This document shows, piece by piece, positions 29,663 through 38,802 of a stretch of 64,000 nt of DNA; position 1 is the first letter of the stretch, and each line of letters starts with the position of its first letter. The notes beneath the pieces are model-generated. The model ran no database searches and had not been told where the DNA came from. It saw nothing but the letters and a program-made list of their open reading frames with translations. The stretch covers positions 166,826-230,825 of the forward strand of contig CAWIQG010000004.1 in assembly GCA_963838215.1 (NCBI GenBank), written 5' to 3'. Origin of the DNA: an uncultured Bacteroidales bacterium (lineage in GTDB: Bacteria > Bacteroidota > Bacteroidia > Bacteroidales > VadinHA17). The position numbers and the translations under genes were made by a program.

Positions 29663-30174
29663 TGAGTAAAAAAAGGGTTGAACTGATAAAAGGAGATATA
29701 ACTGCTCTTGATGTGGATGCTATCGTGAATTCAGCCAATACTTCACTTCTTGGTGGAGGTGGTGTGGACGGAGCAATCCACGATGCTGCAGGGCCCGATC
29801 TTCTTACTGAATGTGAGAGTCTTAAAGGATGTGAACCCGGCCAGTCAAAAATAACAAAGGGCTATCGTCTTAAAGCAAAGCATGTTATTCATACTGTCGG
29901 CCCGGTATGGTATGGTGGTTATCGCGATGAATACTCATTGCTTGCATCCTGCTATCAGACCAGTCTGGCACTGGCAAAAGAAAAGAAAATAAAAACAATC
30001 GCATTCCCGGGAATTTCTACAGGTGTTTACGGATTCCCGAAAGATCTGGCAGCACTGATTGCCATAAATGAAACGAAAAGATTCCTGATAAAAAACAGCT
30101 ACCCTGAAAAGGTGATCTTTGTTACATTAGGCGATGATAATTACGAAACTTACAGGAAGCTTCTTGACAAATGA
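29662..30174 (+). CDS. ymdB: macro-domain protein (O-acetyl-ADP-ribose deacetylase family)
   Basis: GDITALDVDAIVNSANTSLLGGGGVDGAIH motif. Confidence 0.85.
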   Translation: MSKKRVELIKGDITALDVDAIVNSANTSLLGGGGVDGAIHDAAGPDLLTECESLKGCEPGQSKITKGYRLKAKHVIHTVGPVWYGGYRDEYSLLASCYQTSLALAKEKKIKTIAFPGISTGVYGFPKDLAALIAINETKRFLIKNSYPEKVIFVTLGDDNYETYRKLLDK

Positions 30175-31049
30175 TTTCAATTTTCAGATCGGTTAAACAC
30201 TATTTCTCATTTGTCAGGTTCAGCCATACTGTCTTTGCAATGCCCTTTGCACTGATCGGTTTTTCACTTGCTGTTTCAAAGGACGAATATAGTTTCAGTC
30301 TCAGACTGCTTTTGCTGATAATCCTTTGCATGATCTTTGCACGCAATGCAGCAATGGGTTTTAACAGGCTGGTCGACAGGAAGTTTGATGCTCTTAATCC
30401 AAGAACCAGGAACAGGGAGATTCCTTCAGGTTTAATCAGTCCTGGTGCAGCAGCCGCATTTATTATCATCAATGCCTTGCTATTCATCATCACCACTGCA
30501 TTCATTAACCGGTTGACTCTTTTTCTTTCCCCGGTGGCCCTGATTATTATCCTTGGGTACAGCCTGACAAAACGAATTACTTTTCTTTGCCATTTTGTAG
30601 TAGGTCTGGGCTTAAGCCTAGCTCCTACCGGTGCATATATCTCTGTTACAGGTAATTTCGACATCATTCCTCTTATTTACTCTTTTATAGTTCTGACGTG
30701 GGTAAGTGGTTTTGATATCATATACGCTCTGCAAGATAATGAGTTCGACAAGTCAAACCAGGTTCACTCTCTGCCAAAAGTTATAGGAATAAAAAAATCG
30801 CTTTTTATTTCTTTAATAGTTCATTTTATCACTTTTATTCTGATTCTGATTGCGGGTATATTGGAGATGGGAGGTTTTCTTTTCTGGACAGGAGCATCTT
30901 TATTTACGATATTATTAATATATCAGCATAAGATTGTTAAACATGATGACCTTAGCAGAGTGAACATTGCATTCGGTACAACTAATGGCATAGCCAGTAT
31001 TGTGTTTGCATTATTCATAATTATTGATCTTCTTTTCAGATACCATTAA
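30171..31049 (+). CDS. UbiA-family aromatic prenyltransferase (4-hydroxybenzoate polyprenyltransferase-like)
   Basis: 292 aa polytopic protein. NRLVDRKFD and D-rich YALQDNEFD motifs. Confidence 0.8.
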   Translation: MISIFRSVKHYFSFVRFSHTVFAMPFALIGFSLAVSKDEYSFSLRLLLLIILCMIFARNAAMGFNRLVDRKFDALNPRTRNREIPSGLISPGAAAAFIIINALLFIITTAFINRLTLFLSPVALIIILGYSLTKRITFLCHFVVGLGLSLAPTGAYISVTGNFDIIPLIYSFIVLTWVSGFDIIYALQDNEFDKSNQVHSLPKVIGIKKSLFISLIVHFITFILILIAGILEMGGFLFWTGASLFTILLIYQHKIVKHDDLSRVNIAFGTTNGIASIVFALFIIIDLLFRYH

Positions 31050-31123
31050 ATTGTATTATTTTCCACTAATTATTGTTCTTCTGAATGTTTTTTTGTTTCT
31101 TTCAACCTTTAAAAAATATATCT

Positions 31124-32245
31124 ATGGGGGAATTAATTATTAAAGAGGTACTTACAAGAAAAGACCGACACGACTTTATTTATCTGCCTGAAAAAGTCCA
31201 CAAAAATGAGCCTGACTGGCTTCCGCCTATCTACATGGATGAAAGGGAGTTATATAACAAGAAGAAAAACAAATCTTACAAATATGCCGATGCAATTTTG
31301 CTTCTTGCTTACAGGGATAAAAAGCCTGTAGGAAGGATAATGGGCATTATAAATAACAGATATAATGCCATTAATAATGAGCAGCACGGACGTTTCTGTT
31401 TCATGGAATGTTTTAACGACAAAGAGGTGTTTCACGCTCTCTTAACCAAAGTCGAGGAGTGGGTCCGGAAGAACGGGATGACTATGATTGTCGGTCCTCT
31501 TGGATTTTCCGATAAGGATCCTCAGGGTTTTCAGATAGAAGGATTTGAATACCCTCAATTCATGACAGCTCCGACAAACTCACCATATATGCCTGAGCTT
31601 ATAGAAGCTGAAGGATATGAAAAAAAAGTCGATCTTGTAGACTATCTGGGCAAATTGCCGGATAAATTACCCCTTATCTATGAAAAAGTATTGTCGCGGG
31701 TTGACAATAACAAAGAATATAAGATAATTGAGTTTAATTCAAAAAAAGAATTAAAGCCATATATCATTGATGTGCTTGAACTTATGAATGAAACTTTTGC
31801 TGAAATTTATGGTTTTGTTCCGCTGAATGATAAGGAGAAAACTGATTTTGCTGCCCGTTATCTGCCTATACTTGATCCTAATTTCATTAAAGTCATTGAA
31901 ACAGGAGGAAAACTGGTTGGATTTGCAGTAGGCATGCCGGATCTTAGCAAAGGAATAAGAGATGCTAAAGGGAAGTTATTGCCTTTCGGGATTTTTAAAA
32001 TACTCAAAGATTCAAAGAGGTCAAAGAAATTGCTGATGATGCTTGGAGGGGTGAAAAAAGCATACAGGGGAAAAGGTCTCGAAGTCCTGATGGGCGTTAA
32101 GATCCTCCAGTCGGGGATAAATCATAAAATGGACATGATCGACAGCCACCTGGTTCTTGAAAATAACACCAAGATGAGAGCCGAATATGAAAGAATAGGT
32201 TGTCAGGTAGTTAAAAAATTCAGGATTTACCAGAAGAAGCTGTAA
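31124..32245 (+). CDS. GNAT-fold acyltransferase-like protein (paralog of 5895-7007)
   Basis: Start moved to MGELIIKEV. Shares P(D/V)W(L/I)PP, MT(M/L)(I/M)xGP and the terminal FRIYQKKL with the other copy. Confidence 0.6.
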   Translation: MGELIIKEVLTRKDRHDFIYLPEKVHKNEPDWLPPIYMDERELYNKKKNKSYKYADAILLLAYRDKKPVGRIMGIINNRYNAINNEQHGRFCFMECFNDKEVFHALLTKVEEWVRKNGMTMIVGPLGFSDKDPQGFQIEGFEYPQFMTAPTNSPYMPELIEAEGYEKKVDLVDYLGKLPDKLPLIYEKVLSRVDNNKEYKIIEFNSKKELKPYIIDVLELMNETFAEIYGFVPLNDKEKTDFAARYLPILDPNFIKVIETGGKLVGFAVGMPDLSKGIRDAKGKLLPFGIFKILKDSKRSKKLLMMLGGVKKAYRGKGLEVLMGVKILQSGINHKMDMIDSHLVLENNTKMRAEYERIGCQVVKKFRIYQKKL

Positions 32246-32254
32246 AAGATTTAG

Positions 32255-32275
32255 AGGTTGTAAAGGTTGTAAAGG
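32255..32275. repeat. 9-nt tandem repeat AGGTTGTAA x2.3
   Basis: aggttgtaaaggttgtaaagg, 10 nt after the stop at 32243-32245. Confidence 0.85.
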
Positions 32276-32534
32276 CATATAATATTTTCCGGATAGTTGT
32301 GGTTTTTCCACCCCGGTTGAATACATCATTAAGTACTTCTGATTATACAAAATAATTCTCAGAATTAATGTCGCTTTTTAATATAACGAAAAATCGACTG
32401 GTTGATATCTATAGAAATATCAAAAACAGAGACTTCTTCTTCGAAAACTTCCAGCAAAAGCCCAATTAAGGGGCTTCATATCAGCATTTTTATAACAATC
32501 GGATTATCTAAACAATTTTTAATTTATTGAGATT

Positions 32535-33911
32535 ATGGACTTACCATTAACGGAACCATTTAAGATCAAGATGGTCGAGAACATATACAGAAGCACTAAA
32601 GGACGAAGAGAGAACTGGATAAAAGATGCATCATTTAATCTTTTTAACCTGAAATCAGAGCAGGTCTTTATAGATCTTCTTACCGATTCAGGAACAGGGG
32701 CGATGAGCGACAAACAGTGGTCAGCAATGATGCTTGGAGATGAAAGTTATGCGGGTGCCACTTCCTATTATAAGCTGAAAGAAGGTGTAAAAGATATCAC
32801 CGGATTCGATTATTTTCTTCCGACACACCAGGGAAGAGCTGCAGAAAATGTTCTTTTTTCTGTACTTGTGAAGGAGGGAGATCTTGTGCCCGGAAACTCT
32901 CATTTTGATACCACAAAAGGGCACATAGAATTCAGAAAAGCTAAAGCTGTGGATTGTACTGCTGAAATTGCTGCAGACACCACTGCCTTGCATCCATTTA
33001 AAGGAAATGTGGATATTGAGAAGCTGGAAAATGTGCTTAAGAACAATCCTGCCGATAAAATATCTTTCATTATAATGACAATCACCAACAATACTGCAGG
33101 CGGACAACCCGTCAGCATGGCTAACCTGAGAGAAGTGGGAAAATTGTCACGAAAATATGGAGTGAAATTTATTATTGATTCAGCACGCTTCGCAGAAAAT
33201 GCATATTTCATTAAGTTGCGGGAAGAGGGTTATGGGGATAAAAATATAAAGGATATAGCCAGGGAAATGTTCTCTTATGCAGATGGGATGACTATGAGTT
33301 CAAAGAAGGATGCCATTGTTAATATGGGTGGTTTTATAGCACTGAGGGATGAAGAACTCTTCAGACGAGCCACGACATATAATATTATATATGAAGGGTT
33401 TATTACATACGGAGGCATGTCAGGGAGGGATATGAATGCTCTTGCACAGGGTCTTTATGAAGGCATAGATTACTCATATCTTGAATCGCGTATAAACCAG
33501 GTGGAATACCTGGGAACAAAGATAAAAAAGTGCGGGATACCCGTACTTGAGCCGTTCGGAGGGCATGCCATATTTATTGATGCAAAAAAATTCCTTCCGG
33601 ATATCCCGAAAGAAGAGTTCCCTGCCCAGACTCTTGCAATAGAGTTATATATTGAAGCAGGAGTGAGAGGAGTTGAAATAGGTGCACTCATGGCCGACAG
33701 AGATCCTGTTACACGCGAAAACCGGTTTCCCGAACTGGAGCTGCTAAGACTCGCTATACCGCGACGGGTATATACTAATAATCATATGGATTATGTTGCA
33801 GCAGCAGTGAATCTGGTTTTTGAAAGAAGAGTTAAGATAAAACATGGATTAAGGATAAAAAGGGAAGCACCTATTATGAGGCATTTTACTATTGAGCTGG
33901 AAAAGATATAA
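32535..33911 (+). CDS. tnaA: tryptophanase / tyrosine phenol-lyase family beta-eliminating lyase
   Basis: Aligns along its length with my recollection of E. coli TnaA: FIDLLTDSGTGA, TNNTAGGQPVS, DSARFAENAYFIK, and PLP-lysine region SSKKDAIVNMGG. I cannot separate Trp from Tyr specificity by eye. Confidence 0.85.
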   Translation: MDLPLTEPFKIKMVENIYRSTKGRRENWIKDASFNLFNLKSEQVFIDLLTDSGTGAMSDKQWSAMMLGDESYAGATSYYKLKEGVKDITGFDYFLPTHQGRAAENVLFSVLVKEGDLVPGNSHFDTTKGHIEFRKAKAVDCTAEIAADTTALHPFKGNVDIEKLENVLKNNPADKISFIIMTITNNTAGGQPVSMANLREVGKLSRKYGVKFIIDSARFAENAYFIKLREEGYGDKNIKDIAREMFSYADGMTMSSKKDAIVNMGGFIALRDEELFRRATTYNIIYEGFITYGGMSGRDMNALAQGLYEGIDYSYLESRINQVEYLGTKIKKCGIPVLEPFGGHAIFIDAKKFLPDIPKEEFPAQTLAIELYIEAGVRGVEIGALMADRDPVTRENRFPELELLRLAIPRRVYTNNHMDYVAAAVNLVFERRVKIKHGLRIKREAPIMRHFTIELEKI

Positions 33912-34032
33912 TTATCTCTTTGATTATACTGTAAGAATCAGATGGCTTGAATAAGAAATATGTTGCTAAATATCAGGATAATCAGTAACTTTCAGACCAT
34001 AATTTTTTAATTCCAATCCAACACAAAGGGAG

Positions 34033-34908
34033 ATGATAAAATCGATGACAGGCTATGGTAAGGCCCTAGCAGAAACCCCTCAAAAAAAAATAACAATTGA
34101 GATAAAATCACTCAATTCCAAGCAGCTTGATTTAAATACAAAGCTGCCATGGGTATATAAGGAAAAGGAACCTGAAATCAGAAATCTGATAAGTCAGAAA
34201 CTCGACAGAGGTAAAATTGATTTTACTATTTATTTCGACATGCTTGATGATGAAGTTGTTACAGTCATAAATAAATCGGCAGTAAGAAATTATTACAATC
34301 AGTTTAAAGAGATAGCGGCTGAACTCAAAATTGATCTGGATGATCAGATTTTTACTGCAATAATGAAACTCCCCGACACTCTGAAAACCGAAAAACCCGA
34401 GTTACCTGAGACGGAGTGGGCAATTGTTAAAAATCAGATACTTGAGTCAATTACAATGCTTGATCTATACAGGATAGAAGAGGGTAACTCAATAATGAAA
34501 GATCTGAAAAAATGTATAGCGAAAATTTTATCGTTACTCGAAACTATTGAGACATTTGAGGCGGGAAGGATATCAAAAATCAGGGAAAAGCTTATTTCAA
34601 TCCTTGAAGAGAATGTGAGTACGGAAAACCTCGATAAAAACAGATTTGAGCAGGAACTTATTTTCTATCTTGAAAAGTATGACATCAATGAAGAAAAAGT
34701 CAGGTTAAAAACTCATTGTGACTATTTTCTGGAGACTGTCAGTACTCCGTCGCCAAACGGAAAAATATTGAATTTTATCGCCCAGGAGATAGGCCGTGAG
34801 ATCAATACAATCGGATCTAAAGCAAATGATGCCTCCATTCAAAAACTGGTTGTGATGATGAAAGATGAACTTGAGAAAATTAAAGAACAGACATTGAATG
34901 TTTTATAA
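34033..34908 (+). CDS. yicC: YicC-family stress-induced protein
   Basis: MIKSMTGYG start and C-terminal EIGREINTIGSKAND motif. Confidence 0.85.
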   Translation: MIKSMTGYGKALAETPQKKITIEIKSLNSKQLDLNTKLPWVYKEKEPEIRNLISQKLDRGKIDFTIYFDMLDDEVVTVINKSAVRNYYNQFKEIAAELKIDLDDQIFTAIMKLPDTLKTEKPELPETEWAIVKNQILESITMLDLYRIEEGNSIMKDLKKCIAKILSLLETIETFEAGRISKIREKLISILEENVSTENLDKNRFEQELIFYLEKYDINEEKVRLKTHCDYFLETVSTPSPNGKILNFIAQEIGREINTIGSKANDASIQKLVVMMKDELEKIKEQTLNVL

Positions 34909-34928
34909 TAAAATGGTAAAAGAAATAA

Positions 34929-35495
34929 GTGGAAGGTAAACTGGTTATCATTTCTGCACCTTCAGGTGCCGGGAAAACAACAATAGTTAAACATCTGCTC
35001 GACAGCGGATTGAATCTTATATTTTCAATATCTGCAACTACCAGACCGTTAAGAGGTAATGAAACAGACGGAGAGGACTATTACTTTATGACAGTTTCCG
35101 AATTTAAAAAAAGGGTTGAAAACAATGAATTTGTTGAATGGGAAGAAGTTTATAAGGACCAACTTTACGGTACGCTCAAAAGCGAGCTGGAAAGAATATG
35201 GGCAAAAGGGAATAATGTTTTATTTGATGTAGACGCCAAAGGAGGGATTAACCTGAAGAAGAAATTTGGCACAAAATCGGTTGCAATATTCATTATGCCC
35301 CCATCAGTTGAAGAACTTGAAAACCGACTCGTAAAAAGAGGAACAGACAGCCAGGAAAAAATCAGGATGCGTGTTGAAAAAGCTATGGAAGAGATTAAGC
35401 TTGCAAATCAGTTCGACTCTGTCATCGTCAACTATCAGCTCGATAAAGCTAAGGAAGAAGCTTTTGACATAGTTTCGTCCTTTCTGGTAAGATAA
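34929..35495 (+). CDS. gmk: guanylate kinase (GTG start)
   Basis: P-loop SAPSGAGKTT and TTRPLRGNETDGEDYYF motif. Confidence 0.9.
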   Translation: MEGKLVIISAPSGAGKTTIVKHLLDSGLNLIFSISATTRPLRGNETDGEDYYFMTVSEFKKRVENNEFVEWEEVYKDQLYGTLKSELERIWAKGNNVLFDVDAKGGINLKKKFGTKSVAIFIMPPSVEELENRLVKRGTDSQEKIRMRVEKAMEEIKLANQFDSVIVNYQLDKAKEEAFDIVSSFLVR

Positions 35496-35509
35496 ATCTG
35501 TATATTCAA

Positions 35510-36106
35510 ATGTCTAAAATTGGTTTATATTTCGGCTCATTTAACCCGGTTCATATCGGACATATAGCTATTGCAGGTTACATGACTGAATTTGCCGGTC
35601 TCGATCAAATCTGGTTTGTTGTAAGCCCGCATAATCCGCTAAAAAAGAAAGAAACTCTACTGGCTGATCATCACCGTCTATATATGTTACAACTGGCAAT
35701 TGGCGATAATATAAAGATGAAAGCTTCAGATATAGAATTCAAGCTACCTGTTCCATCCTATACTATTGATACACTTACATATCTTAGAGAAAAATACCCC
35801 AAATATGAATTTTGTCTTATCCTGGGGGAAGATAATCTTTATTCACTTCATAAGTGGAAGAATGTGAATGAGTTAATTAATATGTGTTCTATATACACTT
35901 ATCCAAGGTCAGGTTCAGTAAAGCCCTCTTCTCCCTTGCTCGAACAGATTCTTTCGACAGCTGACATACACTCCGTAAAAGCTCCGCTTATGGATATCTC
36001 GGGCACTTTTATCAGGGAAGGAATTAAAAACAGGAAGGATATGTCATATTTCCTTTCTGAAACGGTTTGGAAATATATTAAAGAGATGCATTTTTATGAA
36101 AGGTGA
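35510..36106 (+). CDS. nadD: nicotinate-nucleotide adenylyltransferase
   Basis: GLYFGSFNPVHIGH motif. Confidence 0.9.
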   Translation: MSKIGLYFGSFNPVHIGHIAIAGYMTEFAGLDQIWFVVSPHNPLKKKETLLADHHRLYMLQLAIGDNIKMKASDIEFKLPVPSYTIDTLTYLREKYPKYEFCLILGEDNLYSLHKWKNVNELINMCSIYTYPRSGSVKPSSPLLEQILSTADIHSVKAPLMDISGTFIREGIKNRKDMSYFLSETVWKYIKEMHFYER

Positions 36107-36109
36107 GAA

Positions 36110-36190
36110 ACGACAACGGCTCACGACTCAAGACACAAGGTCGTTAGTTCCCTGCGTTGTGCATCGTGCGTCCTCCATCTCGTTAGTAGC
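36110..36190 (+). other. GC-rich structured spacer element (function unknown)
   Basis: Local GC is visibly far above the flanks. Nested helices: ACGA-CAACG (36110-36118) pairs with CGTTG-TGCA-TCGT (36155-36167), enclosing hairpin ACGAC (36123-36127)/GTCGT (36140-36144). TCGTTAG repeats at 36141 and 36180. Confidence 0.4.
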
Positions 36191-36218
36191 AAATTATCAA
36201 TTAACAATATATTTAATA

Positions 36219-36740
36219 ATGAAATCAATAAAAATTATTATCGCAGTTATCTTACTGATATCAGGACAGTTATTATTCGGGCAGGAGACAAAAAATTCCT
36301 GGGAAAAATGGAACTATCTTATCGGCGAATGGATTGGAGAAGGAAGTGGCCAGCCTGGGCAGAATGAAGGATCTTTTTCATTTCAGACAGATCTTGACGG
36401 AAAAATTCTGGTAAGAAAAAGCCGTACAATCTTCCCTGCGACTGCAGGTTCTCCTCTAAAAGTGCACGATGATATTATTATAGTTTATCAAGTCAACCCG
36501 GGCGCTCCCCAGGAAGCAATTTATTTTGACAACGAGGGTCACACTATAAAATATAAGGTCAGTTTCACGGAAAATTCAGTAGTTCTTACAAGTAATGAGG
36601 TTGCCAATATGATAAGATTCAGGTTTACTTATATTACAGTTGACAACAAGACAGTTAACACCACGTTTGAAATGGCTTCACCACAAAGCCCGGAAGAATT
36701 CAAAATGTACCTGTCAGGAAAAGCTTTCAAAATAAAATAA
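36219..36740 (+). CDS. secreted hypothetical protein
   Basis: Start moved to MKSIKIIIAVILLISG (signal peptide). The upstream 41 codons of the track ORF translate the GC-rich spacer. Confidence 0.65.
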   Translation: MKSIKIIIAVILLISGQLLFGQETKNSWEKWNYLIGEWIGEGSGQPGQNEGSFSFQTDLDGKILVRKSRTIFPATAGSPLKVHDDIIIVYQVNPGAPQEAIYFDNEGHTIKYKVSFTENSVVLTSNEVANMIRFRFTYITVDNKTVNTTFEMASPQSPEEFKMYLSGKAFKIK

Positions 36741-36784
36741 GCCGTAAATAAACTCATACGTTTTGTATCTTACAAAATATGAAT

Positions 36785-36792
36785 TACTTTTG
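36785..36792 (+). promoter_or_regulatory. candidate -7 box (TACTTTTG)
   Basis: Matches TAnnTTTG only 5 nt before ATG 36797. Confidence 0.35.
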
Positions 36793-36796
36793 AACT

Positions 36797-37192
36797 ATGA
36801 TAAATCAAAAAGAGAACATCGGGAACAATATCTTTGACTCAATTCTTGTTGCGTTGTTTCTTCTTTTTATACTATCATTATGCAATGATGATTCCAATCA
36901 CTTTCCCAACAGGTCAAAACCTAAAATAACCTGTGAAAATATTGTCTGTCAAAGCAATGCGATAGTTTTTCGTGATATTCCAATAACTCTTCTTCAGGAT
37001 AATCTGATCCCTGAAATAAACCTCGCTGTAATTGTTAATCACACGATTAGTATAATTTCAGCAAACAGGAAAACTTCCGACCGGATCTCAATCCAGAAAG
37101 ATTCGGTTGCGAAATCAGGTAACTTACCGACTTTCATTATTCAATATCATGTTTTCCGGATTGATAATGATGACGTGCCATTGTTAAGCTGA
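36797..37192 (+). CDS. hypothetical membrane-anchored protein (doubtful)
   Basis: 131-aa ORF with one TM segment and no recognisable motifs. The promoter-like box abuts its only Met. Confidence 0.35.
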   Translation: MINQKENIGNNIFDSILVALFLLFILSLCNDDSNHFPNRSKPKITCENIVCQSNAIVFRDIPITLLQDNLIPEINLAVIVNHTISIISANRKTSDRISIQKDSVAKSGNLPTFIIQYHVFRIDNDDVPLLS

Positions 37193-37249
37193 AAATAACT
37201 AATGTTTTCAGTTTCAACTTATTTTAATCAATAATTTAAATCCTATATT

Positions 37250-38122
37250 ATGAAAAATATAATATATTTTATTATAGCAAGTCTTATTTATTGCACTTTA
37301 ACTTCAGTTTCAATAATAAGTAAGGATGATAACAAAACTATCCTGTTAAAACCTATTGACAAGAATGTCACAACTGCTGGAATAGAACAATCGGCCACAA
37401 TAATATCTGCGAGGCTCAAAGTTTATGGTATCGAAAAACCCGATGTTACTCCCGTACCTGAAAAAGGTCAGATTAAAGTTCATATACCTGATAATTACAC
37501 ACTTTCAGAAATTGAAGGGCTCCTGACCCTGAAAGGTGATTTTGCATTTTATGAGACTTATATCAAGGATGAGGTTTCTGATCTGATGAAAGGTGATAAT
37601 CAGCTGTTCCTATTATTGAACAGTGATAAGGGAGTAACCCCTTCAGGTTCAAGAATCGGCTGCATAAATGTTGAAAAGCGCAGTCCAGTAAATGCATATC
37701 TTAAAAGCATCAAGAATCCGGAAAATTGCAAGTTTATATGGAGCTTTCGGGGTGTTTCATCCGATGAGTCTCTCCGTTGCCTGTATGCCTTAAAGACTGA
37801 TAAAGCCGGAAAAGCTTTATTGACCAGGTCGGATGTTGAAACCGTTAAACCTGAACAGGATAAGGATAATCAGAGTTTTAAGATCTCTATTATTTTTAAG
37901 AAGTCAGGAGCCGAATTATGGGCCGACGCAACCAGGAGAAACATGAACCGGTCTATAGCAATAACCATTGATAACTATATACTTTATACACCTGTTGTAA
38001 GATCTGTAATAGATAAAGGTGTATGTGAAATCACCGGAGACATGACCCTGAAAGATGTGGATTATTTCGTTGCAATTACGAATAATTCATCACTTCCAAC
38101 TGCTTTCGAGCTGGTCAGATAG
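37250..38122 (+). CDS. stand-alone SecD-like periplasmic (P1 head/base) domain protein without TM bundle
   Basis: 290 aa. N-terminal anchor/signal. SATIISARLKVYGIEKPDVTPVPEKGQIKVHIPD and C-terminal SIAITIDNYILYTPVVRSVIDKGVCEITGDMTLKDVDYFVAITNNSSLP resemble the SecD P1 signatures (LAIVLDG...SAP.I...I.GG...I.G.F...EA..LA..L..G.LP). Confidence 0.55.
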   Translation: MKNIIYFIIASLIYCTLTSVSIISKDDNKTILLKPIDKNVTTAGIEQSATIISARLKVYGIEKPDVTPVPEKGQIKVHIPDNYTLSEIEGLLTLKGDFAFYETYIKDEVSDLMKGDNQLFLLLNSDKGVTPSGSRIGCINVEKRSPVNAYLKSIKNPENCKFIWSFRGVSSDESLRCLYALKTDKAGKALLTRSDVETVKPEQDKDNQSFKISIIFKKSGAELWADATRRNMNRSIAITIDNYILYTPVVRSVIDKGVCEITGDMTLKDVDYFVAITNNSSLPTAFELVR

Positions 38123-38132
38123 AATAATAGTG

Positions 38133-38159
38133 TGAGGCTGCATTTTTAGCAGCATCACA
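38133..38159. terminator. hairpin between convergent genes (possible bidirectional terminator)
   Basis: GTGAGGCTGC-attttta-GCAGCATCAC: 10-bp stem with one mismatch. Flanking U-tracts are weak. Confidence 0.45.
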
Positions 38160-38225
38160 TCATTAATTTGAAATATGTTGTTATTTTTTTTGGTTTTAAC
38201 TTAGACTATTATTGCGGAACCAGGA

Positions 38226-38768
38226 TCAGATTTTCTTTATAATCTCCATTCCCCGTTGCAAAGCCTTCTCATTTATCGGAATAAGATTATGATATCTTTC
38301 AGGAAGCGATTTTTTCAGTCCTTTTATAACATTCTCAAGCTTAATTATAGGTTTTACTTTAAGGAAACCGCCCAGAACAATCGTGTTAAAGATTTTCGGA
38401 TTTTTCATTTTTGAAGCTTCTTCAGTAGCATCAACACGATAGATATTAATATCTTTTCTTTCAGGATGCTGGGTTATACCATTACTATCATAAATAAGTA
38501 CTCCTCCGGTTTTTACTGAGCTTTCAAATTTATCGAGAGATTGCTGGTTGAGGATAATAGCAGTATCAAATTGTTTCAGAATAGGTGAGCTGATCCTTTC
38601 ACTGCTTATAATTACTGTCACGTTTGCAGTTCCTCCCCGCATTTCAGGCCCGTAAGATGGCATCCAGCTCACTTCCATATCCTGCATCACTCCCGAGTAT
38701 GCCATTATTTTACCCATCGACAAGACACCCTGTCCTCCAAATCCGGCTATAATTATTTCTTCAGTCAT
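38226..38768 (-). CDS. 2-oxoacid:ferredoxin oxidoreductase gamma subunit
   Basis: 180 aa. IIIAGFGGQGVLSMG motif. Confidence 0.85.
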   Translation of the reverse strand: MTEEIIIAGFGGQGVLSMGKIMAYSGVMQDMEVSWMPSYGPEMRGGTANVTVIISSERISSPILKQFDTAIILNQQSLDKFESSVKTGGVLIYDSNGITQHPERKDINIYRVDATEEASKMKNPKIFNTIVLGGFLKVKPIIKLENVIKGLKKSLPERYHNLIPINEKALQRGMEIIKKI

Positions 38769-38802
38769 TTTATTAAGAATTACTTGATTAAATATCTAAA
38801 GA

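Noticed and set aside
36110-36190. Possible tRNA or tRNA fragment, suggested by the local GC richness
   Set aside because: There is no acceptor/T-arm geometry and no GTTCRANYC T-loop, and the only hairpin has a 12-nt loop. It is kept only as an unexplained structured element.
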